DNA of 64,000 nucleotides, taken from Vulcanimicrobiota bacterium. GTDB taxonomy: Bacteria > Vulcanimicrobiota > Vulcanimicrobiia > Vulcanimicrobiales > Vulcanimicrobiaceae. Position numbers and translations under genes: made by a program. The stretch lies in assembly GCA_963695225.1 (NCBI GenBank), contig OY968762.1, forward strand, positions 284,501 through 348,500, given 5' to 3'. A model generated the notes under the pieces. It did no database searches, was not told where the DNA came from, and was given only the letters and a program-made list of their open reading frames with translations. Positions 58,427-64,000 of this stretch are shown piece after piece (position 1 is the first letter of the stretch; each line of letters opens with the position of its first letter).

Positions 58427-58560
58427 CGATTTCTACTACGTTTCGTGCGAGGACCGCATCGCGCTTCCGCTAGGGCAGTATCTCATTGTTGAGGGTATTG
58501 CGACGAAGGAGGAACTGAACAAGTGCGAGATCGCGATTGAGCGGTGGCGCCTGCTTCGCG

Positions 58561-58791
58561 TCAGAGAAGGGCCCGCAATTCGTCGACGGTTAGGCCGGCG
58601 TCGTCTAGAATGGCGGCGGGCGTGCCGCGCTTGATCGTATCGCCACGGTGAACGTGGACCGTCGTGCGCCGGCCGTTTTCCGGATTCTCCGTGAAGTGTG
58701 CACTACCGCGAATGCGAATGACGACGAACCCTGCACGCTGGAGTGCGCGGACTAGCCTGCCGCCTTCGACGACTGGGAGCTTTTCGCTCAT
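58561..58791 (-). CDS. hicA: HicA-family mRNA interferase toxin
   Basis: 76 aa. LVRALQRAGFVVIRIRGSAHFTENPENGRRTTVHVH is the classic HicA dsRBD-like pattern with a catalytic His. Confidence 0.8.
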   Translation of the reverse strand: MSEKLPVVEGGRLVRALQRAGFVVIRIRGSAHFTENPENGRRTTVHVHRGDTIKRGTPAAILDDAGLTVDELRALL

Positions 58792-58798
58792 AGCGCAG

Positions 58799-59038
58799 CT
58801 ACGCCGCGGGGGCGGGAAGTGTGACTGCCACGGCAGTCACGATATCTGACGGCGGAAGCGGCTCGCCGCGCTCGGTCATCACCTCAGCGTGAAGTTCGAT
58901 CACCTCGCGAGCATTTGCGAGGCATTCCTCGACCGTCTCCCCTTGCGTATGTGCGCCCCGGAACGCGGGGATGTGGACCGAAAACCCACCTTCGGCCTCG
59001 GGCTCCAGCACGACTGCGTACGACCGTTCCAACGCCAT
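58799..59038 (-). CDS. hicB: HicB-family antitoxin
   Basis: YAVVLEPEAEGGFSVHIPAFRGAHTQGETVEECLANAREVIELH is a typical HicB/UPF0150 N-terminal domain. It lies 7 nt upstream of hicA. Confidence 0.8.
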   Translation of the reverse strand: MALERSYAVVLEPEAEGGFSVHIPAFRGAHTQGETVEECLANAREVIELHAEVMTERGEPLPPSDIVTAVAVTLPAPAA

Positions 59039-59092
59039 CGTGGGAGGGTTCTCCTCCGGGATCCGCCATCCCAGCCATCATCGCGCGCGGGT

Positions 59093-59461
59093 CTAGGGGA
59101 CGTGCTCCTGTGGTAGTGCGGCCCGGATCGCGGCGATCGACGCATCGGGTTCCGCGACCTCGATGATGAGCCGCACGTAGCTCTCATCGTGCAAGCGAAT
59201 CGCAATCGCGCGTTCCGGGTCATGTACGTCCCAAAAGACGCGGCCTTCGTGCTCGTAAAACGTGCCGGCGATGACGACGCCGGGAAGGTTCGTTCCCGGC
59301 GCGCGCACGCCATGCCACCAGCCGCGCGCCTCGTCGGCTGCCCGGTCGACTCCGGCGATATGGGCGAGCGGCACGCGCAGCTCGCTCTTAAATGCCCAAA
59401 GCCGGTCGAACCCTTCGACGTGCACAAACAAATCGGGTCCGGCAATCTCGATCGTCGTCAT
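59093..59461 (-). CDS. hypothetical protein
   Basis: 122-aa ORF with balanced composition; I recognise no domain. Confidence 0.4.
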   Translation of the reverse strand: MTTIEIAGPDLFVHVEGFDRLWAFKSELRVPLAHIAGVDRAADEARGWWHGVRAPGTNLPGVVIAGTFYEHEGRVFWDVHDPERAIAIRLHDESYVRLIIEVAEPDASIAAIRAALPQEHVP

Positions 59462-59571
59462 GCCGCCACGTACCGTGAGAGTGCTGCGGAGTTACACGCT
59501 TACGCGCGCCCGGCAGAAGGCAAGTTCGCGGCGAGCAACGGTCCGCAAGCAGCGAGCACCGTCATGCGCAC

Positions 59572-60046
59572 TCAGCGTTGGGCGGTCGTGCGGCGCGCGG
59601 GTTTCGAAGTGCCCGCCTTGCGAGGCTCGTACGCGGCGAGTTTCGCCATGGCGCCGGAGGCGGCGAAGAGCATCTCCCGCTCGCCTTCGCTGAGCGTCGC
59701 AGCCATCGCGCGTTCGAGCCACAGGCGCCGCGCTCGCAGGTCCGCGGCGAGGACGCGTTCCCCGTCCGGCGTCAGCGCTATTCGGTGCTCGCGCCGGTCT
59801 GCGTCGCTCAAGCTGCGTGCGATCCAACCTTTGCGCTCGAGATCGGCGATCGTGCGGGTGAGCGACTGCGGCGCCAGACGCTCTTCGGCGGCAAGACGCG
59901 TCGCTGGGATCGGCCCGAGCCGGTGCAGCGTTCCCAGGATAGCGAGTGCGGAGAGCCCGGCCGAGCCCTCGGGCCGTTCGGCGCGCAGGCGCCGCCCGAG
60001 CGAGAGGACGCTGCGCAGGAGCAAGGCTGCATGTTCGCGTTTCACG
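59572..60046 (-). CDS. MarR-family transcriptional regulator
   Basis: A winged-HTH segment (LSALAILGTLHRLGPIPATRLAAEERLAPQSLTRTIADLERKGWI...DRREHRIALTPDG). GTG at 60046 taken as the start. Divergent from the membrane protein gene. Confidence 0.75.
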
Positions 60047-60130
60047 CTCGTCAAATAGTACGCATAGCGTAGTAAATCTTGCCGCGCCTGCAAGGATCGA
60101 GCGGGGTATCGGAGGGGAGTCGGGAGTGCG

Positions 60131-61240
60131 GTGAGCGGGAAGGCGCACGTGGCGGCGGCGCTTCGCTGGCAAGGCGAAGCGCGCGCGGAGCCTGCCGCCA
60201 TCCTCGCGGCAGCGCTGGGGATGGCGGGGCCTGTCGCCGTAGGCGTCGCAACCGGTCAGGTCCCGCTCGGCTTGGCGGGCGCCGTCGGCGGGCTTGCCGT
60301 CGGCAACGCAAGCTTGGGGCCGAGCGCGAAGGCCCAGGTGCGGGAACTGGGTGCGGCGCTGGTGCCGGCCGCCTTAGCTGCAGTCGCGGCGGCGGCGATC
60401 GCCGCTCGCGGCACGTTGACGGATGGGCTGCTCGTGCTCTTGGCGTGCGCGGCGGCGATGGCCGGGGGATATAGCCGGCCGATGTCCGTCGCGACGACGC
60501 GCTTCATCCTCTTCCTGATCGTGACGATCAACGTCGCCGGCGCCGCACCGCAGCGCGTAGCGCTGCCGATCCTCATCGTGGCGGGCGCGTTGTGGACCGC
60601 GCTAGCGAGCCTCGCCCTCGGCGGCCTCGCGCGCTCGCTCGGATCGCGCGCGCCTGCCGCGCGTGGCGGCGAACCTGCGGCTGGCGACGCTGCGACGGCC
60701 GCGGGCGGCGGCGAGGCGCCGGCGGCGACGGCCGCCCAGGGGCTCGCACGTTGGAAGAAGACGTTGACCGGCGTTGCAAGCCGGAATTACACGCTACGGC
60801 TCGGGATCTGCTTGACGGTCGCCGGCATCTTGCGATCGATGTGGCCGGAGCACCACCTGTATTGGATCGCGCTCACCGCTGCGCTGCTCTGCGAACGGCG
60901 CGTCGAGGCGTTTCCGATCAAGACGACGCAACGCGCCTTCGGCACGGCGCTCGGCGTCATGCTCGCATACGCATTCGTCGCATGCAACGTCACCGGATGG
61001 GCCTTGGCCGGCGCAATCGGCATACTCGCAGGCTTACGGGCGTGGCTGCGCACGAAGAACTATCTCGCTTACGCGATTGCGATGACGCCGCTCATCATCC
61101 TAATCATGGATGCGGGGCGGCCGCTCGGCAGCGGCGTGCTGATGGATCGCCTCGTCGCGACGCTCATCGGCGCGGCCCTCGTCGTCTGCGTCAACCTGCT
61201 GATCGGCGGCCGATCATCCGCCCGCCAAACTGGCTCTTGA
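60131..61240 (+). CDS. FUSC-like / aromatic acid exporter-like integral membrane protein
   Basis: Multiple hydrophobic helices in two blocks separated by an Ala/Gly-rich loop. The pairing with a divergent MarR is typical. Confidence 0.5.
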   Translation: MSGKAHVAAALRWQGEARAEPAAILAAALGMAGPVAVGVATGQVPLGLAGAVGGLAVGNASLGPSAKAQVRELGAALVPAALAAVAAAAIAARGTLTDGLLVLLACAAAMAGGYSRPMSVATTRFILFLIVTINVAGAAPQRVALPILIVAGALWTALASLALGGLARSLGSRAPAARGGEPAAGDAATAAGGGEAPAATAAQGLARWKKTLTGVASRNYTLRLGICLTVAGILRSMWPEHHLYWIALTAALLCERRVEAFPIKTTQRAFGTALGVMLAYAFVACNVTGWALAGAIGILAGLRAWLRTKNYLAYAIAMTPLIILIMDAGRPLGSGVLMDRLVATLIGAALVVCVNLLIGGRSSARQTGS

Positions 61241-61381
61241 CACGGAAGGCGCGCCCGGGGACGGCGCGCCGCTCACGTTTTCCCGTGAACGTCGTCCGCT
61301 CGGGGAGGCTGTGGATCTGGGCCGGCCGCCGGCGACGCGCCGCGGGCGGGTCGGATCGCGGCCGCGTTCGAATCGATCGGC

Positions 61382-62014
61382 ATGGAGCACGAGCGTCCCG
61401 TCGCACTCGCGCTGGATGCCATGGGCGTCATCTTTCGCGACGCAGACGATGTCGCCGCTCTCCTCATTCCGTTCGTTGCGGCGCAAGGAGGGTCGAGGGA
61501 CGCGGTCTTCGTGGAGGAGCGCTACCGCTCGGCGAGTCTCGGCGAGCTTACGGCAGAGGAGTTTTGGCAAGCGGTCGGGCTGGCGTCGGATCTGGAGAAT
61601 GCGTACTTAGCGCAGCATCGCCTCAACGACGGTGCCGTCGCCTTTCTCGAGCAGAGCGGCGAGCTGTTTTCGCGTGTTTGCTGCGTGACGAACGACGTAA
61701 GCGAATGGTCGAAGAAGCTGCGACGGCGGTTTGGCCTCGACCGCGCAATCGAGCACTGGTTCGTCAGCGGCGAGATCGGCAGGCGCAAGCCGGATGCCGC
61801 AATCTACGAGCGCGCGCTGCGCGAGCTACGCGCGCCTGCGGAGCGCCTGCTCTTCGTTGACGACCGCCTGCGCAACGTGGAGGCCGCCGCCGCCCTCGGC
61901 ATCTTCGGCGTCTTGTTCGGCCCGGAGGCGCGCAGCTCGGGATGGGACTACGCGGTGCGAGATTTCAACGAGCTTGCCGCGTTCTGCCGGCAATGGCGCC
62001 TCGGGGGAACGTGA
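61382..62014 (+). CDS. HAD-superfamily hydrolase
   Basis: Motif I LALDAMGV (the second Asp is replaced, as in dehalogenase-like members), the motif III Lys in GRRKPD, and motif IV FVDDRLRNV. Confidence 0.7.
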   Translation: MEHERPVALALDAMGVIFRDADDVAALLIPFVAAQGGSRDAVFVEERYRSASLGELTAEEFWQAVGLASDLENAYLAQHRLNDGAVAFLEQSGELFSRVCCVTNDVSEWSKKLRRRFGLDRAIEHWFVSGEIGRRKPDAAIYERALRELRAPAERLLFVDDRLRNVEAAAALGIFGVLFGPEARSSGWDYAVRDFNELAAFCRQWRLGGT

Positions 62015-62037
62015 TGTCTACGCTCAAGAGACGCTCC

Positions 62038-62214
62038 GATGGGTGACGGTCCGGAGCGCAAGCGGGGTGGAGCGCGCTCGTGTTTCAACAAGAACGGATC
62101 GCCGAAGGCGGCCTTTGCGACGAAGAAGCTCGCCGAGCGCGCCATTCCGCGGACGAGCGTCAGGCTCGCGGCATACGCCTGCGCGCAGCATGGGTGGCAC
62201 CTCGGCCACCGCTA
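62038..62214 (+). CDS. small basic protein (58 aa), not in ORF track
   Basis: My translation: MGDGPERKRGGARSCFNKNGSPKAAFATKKLAERAIPRTSVRLAAYACAQHGWHLGHR*. It resembles small conserved C...Y-x-C-x3-GWHLG proteins. It falls below the 60-aa track cutoff. Confidence 0.35.
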
Positions 62215-62357
62215 GGCGTCGGCAGAGATCCAGGCCCGCGCCTGCGCGGCCCGCGCGTATGGCTGCACGATCGGGAGCCCCTGCACTGGTTCATTTCGTC
62301 GCCGAAACGTGCTAGATTCTCTTCGGATGCACTCTCTCTGAAAGGGTCGGCGTGGCG

Positions 62358-62516
62358 ATGCAACTCCTAGAAGAAGGCCGGGCGGTCGAAGTTGTGGCCG
62401 AGGACGAAGAAGACGCCCAGAAATCGTGCACGTGCGGCTGTGCCTGCGGCAACGGCGGCGATGCAGTGCACGCCAACAATTTCGATCAAACTTCGGCGGT
62501 CACGGCGGTAACCTAG
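62358..62516 (+). CDS. candidate RiPP precursor peptide (52 aa, acidic leader, CxCxCxC core)
   Basis: My translation: MQLLEEGRAVEVVAEDEEDAQKSCTCGCACGNGGDAVHANNFDQTSAVTAVT*. It ends 7 nt before the radical SAM gene start. It falls below the track cutoff; the track instead shows an antisense ORF at 62367..62591. Confidence 0.55.
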   Translation: MQLLEEGRAVEVVAEDEEDAQKSCTCGCACGNGGDAVHANNFDQTSAVTAVT

Positions 62517-62523
62517 AGACTCC

Positions 62524-64000
62524 GTGAACCCCAGCGGCGGCGGTGCGCGTTCGCGGGCGGCGGACGCCGGGCCGTTCGTCAAGGTTTTCAAAACCGGCTC
62601 GCATCGTTACGTCTACGATGTGAGCCGTAATGCCCTGTTTCAAACGCGGGCCGCGACCGCAGCCGTCATCGAGGCCCTCGGCCAGGGCGTGAGCCCCGCC
62701 GAAGTCCACGCCCGGCTGCGGCCGCGCTATTCCCGCGACCAAGTCGCCCGCTCGCTGCGCGACGTGCGCCGCTGGAAGCGCAAGGGATACCTCTCCGGCC
62801 GCAGGCCTTTGGGCTTGCGCCTCGGTCTAACGCCGAGCGACCTTCAAGCGCAGATGGCGAGCGGCTTGCGTCAGCTGATCCTCGGCGTGACGGAGACGTG
62901 CAACCTGCGCTGCCGCTATTGCGTCTACAGCGGATCGTATCGGCACTTTCGGCAGCATCACGCAGCGAGCATGACGTTCGAGATCGCGAAGAAGGCGCTC
63001 GATTTCTTCTACGACCACGTCGCGCCGGGCGAACCGAACAGGATCTCTTTCTACGGCGGCGAGCCGCTCGTCAATCTCGCGCTGATCCGAGAATGCGTTG
63101 CGTATTACGACGAAAAGGCGCAAGGCCGCCGGATCGTCTACAACCTGACGACGAACGCGACGCTTTTGAAGGCCGAAGCGCGCCGCTTCCTCGCCGAGCA
63201 CAACGTCGCCGTGCGCGTGAGCCTGGATGGGCCCGAGGAGATCCACGACACGAATCGCGTCTATCGCAACGGACGCGGCTCGTACGGCGCCGTCCGCGAG
63301 CATCTCGAGGCGCTCGCGCGCGAGTACCCGGCCTACTTTCGCGAGCGCGTCTCGTTCTGCTCGGTCGCCGGGGCGCCGTACAAACTCGCTCCCGTCCTCG
63401 AGTTCTTCGAGGGCGATCCGCTGTTCGCGGGGCTCACCGTCTCCGTGAACGGCGTGCGCCCGGTCGACACGTCGTATCTGGAGGAACACCCGCCCTCGTT
63501 CGACGGCGCGGAAATCGGGGCGCTCCGCCGCAGATACATCGCGAAGACGGTGAAGGGCGAGGATCCCGGGACGTACCTGCGCTCGCTCTTCGAATCGCGC
63601 TTGGCGGACATCGTGCAAAGGGGGGCGGGGAAGCCGATTCCCGAGTACCTCCATCCGAACAAGATCTGCATCCCCGGCGTTCGGCGGCTCTTCGTCGACA
63701 GCAGCGGGCGCTTCCAGGCCTGCGAGCGCTTCAACGAGACACTCTTCATCGGCGACGTGGAGCGCGGCTTCGACGCGACGAAGGTTGCGGGCCTCATCGA
63801 CGACTACATCCGCATCAGCGAGGCCGACTGCCGCACGTGCTGGGCGGTCCGCCTCTGCCGAACGTGCTTCATCTCCGCGAACGGCGACGGCATCGACGGC
63901 GAGCACAAACGCAAGCACTGCGCGAACGAGCGCCGCGAGCTGGAAGCCGCGCTCAGCCTCTACTGCACGCTGATGGAGCGGAACCCCGACTGCCTCGACC
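62524..64000 (+). CDS. radical SAM/SPASM-domain peptide maturase (3' end outside window)
   Basis: Open frame from GTG 62524, with an in-frame TAA at 62509, to the window end. An N-terminal PqqD/RRE-like segment (HRYVYDVSRNALFQTRAATAAVIEAL...) is followed by CNLRCRYC (CxxxCxxC) and C-terminal Cys clusters (ICIPG...QACERF...CRTCWAVRLCRTCF). It is absent from the track because it has no stop. Confidence 0.8.
   Translation, partial: MNPSGGGARSRAADAGPFVKVFKTGSHRYVYDVSRNALFQTRAATAAVIEALGQGVSPAEVHARLRPRYSRDQVARSLRDVRRWKRKGYLSGRRPLGLRLGLTPSDLQAQMASGLRQLILGVTETCNLRCRYCVYSGSYRHFRQHHAASMTFEIAKKALDFFYDHVAPGEPNRISFYGGEPLVNLALIRECVAYYDEKAQGRRIVYNLTTNATLLKAEARRFLAEHNVAVRVSLDGPEEIHDTNRVYRNGRGSYGAVREHLEALAREYPAYFRERVSFCSVAGAPYKLAPVLEFFEGDPLFAGLTVSVNGVRPVDTSYLEEHPPSFDGAEIGALRRRYIAKTVKGEDPGTYLRSLFESRLADIVQRGAGKPIPEYLHPNKICIPGVRRLFVDSSGRFQACERFNETLFIGDVERGFDATKVAGLIDDYIRISEADCRTCWAVRLCRTCFISANGDGIDGEHKRKHCANERRELEAALSLYCTLMERNPDCLD

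Noticed and set aside
58422-58560. Plus-strand frame reading ...IDFYYVSCEDRIALPLGQYLIVEGIATKEELNKCEIAIERWRLL between the MazF-like and hicA genes. It looks protein-like and could be a gene remnant.
   Set aside because: It has no start codon. Upstream it runs antisense through the MazF-like gene, and I recognise no family. I could not find a convincing minus-strand antitoxin here either.
59189-63918. Long shadow ORFs at the right end (58900..59445, 59189..60058, 59492..60172, 60592..61860, 61731..62315, 62827..63918) and the antisense 62367..62591 ORF over the candidate precursor peptide.
   Set aside because: Arg/Pro-rich translations overlapping the MarR, FUSC-like, HAD and radical SAM genes. 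62827..63918 is antisense to a frame with CxxxCxxC and SPASM motifs.
1-64000. I searched by eye for CRISPR arrays, tRNA or rRNA genes, integrase/att sites and retron-like or other structured ncRNA.
   Set aside because: I saw no regularly spaced short repeats, no cloverleaf-like or rRNA-like conserved stretches and no recombinase ORF. Absence cannot be proven without tRNAscan, Infernal or CRISPR finders.

Overview
This is a high-G+C bacterial chromosomal segment. I cannot assign a lineage, and I found no rRNA, tRNA or CRISPR. The left ~26 kb is ordinary core genome. It holds a histidine-utilisation cluster (hutH', hutU, hutI, hutF) interrupted by a Phd/VapC toxin-antitoxin pair. It also holds a PbpA-like transpeptidase with a five-PASTA PknB-like Ser/Thr kinase, ruvCAB, a SpoIID-like protein and queA. 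Two large secreted proteins follow, one of them a trypsin-like protease fused to about a dozen Sel1 repeats. The region ends with a HlyD/ABC/ABC/ABC-2 exporter, a RidA-family protein and an SLT lytic transglycosylase. From ~25.98 kb to ~59 kb the composition becomes patchy and visibly more A/T-rich, and the content is a stacked defence island with no integrase. (1) A HEPN-like protein plus an ORC/Cdc6-like P-loop ATPase with an RpoA-alphaCTD-like tail. (2) A three-gene SNF2/DUF3883 helicase, DUF1156 methyltransferase and HEPN-DUF499 ATPase module. (3) A small SRA/YDG-like protein. (4) An ABC-type ATPase plus a DUF4276 (Toprim-like) pair. (5) A frameshifted DUF2075 gene. (6) An SbcD/SbcC-like nuclease-ATPase pair. 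(7) A ~10 kb block bracketed by a ~0.8 kb direct repeat of the sbcD 5' region. That block carries a secreted protease, an IS21 element nested in an IS3 element, and a Gfo/Idh/MocA oxidoreductase plus NB-ARC/TPR STAND NTPase operon. (8) MazF-like and HicAB toxin modules. The right edge has a MarR/FUSC pair, a HAD hydrolase and a candidate RiPP locus, in which an unannotated 52-aa Cys-rich peptide sits directly upstream of a radical SAM/SPASM maturase that runs off the window. Many long ORFs in the track are G+C-driven shadow frames and are rejected.
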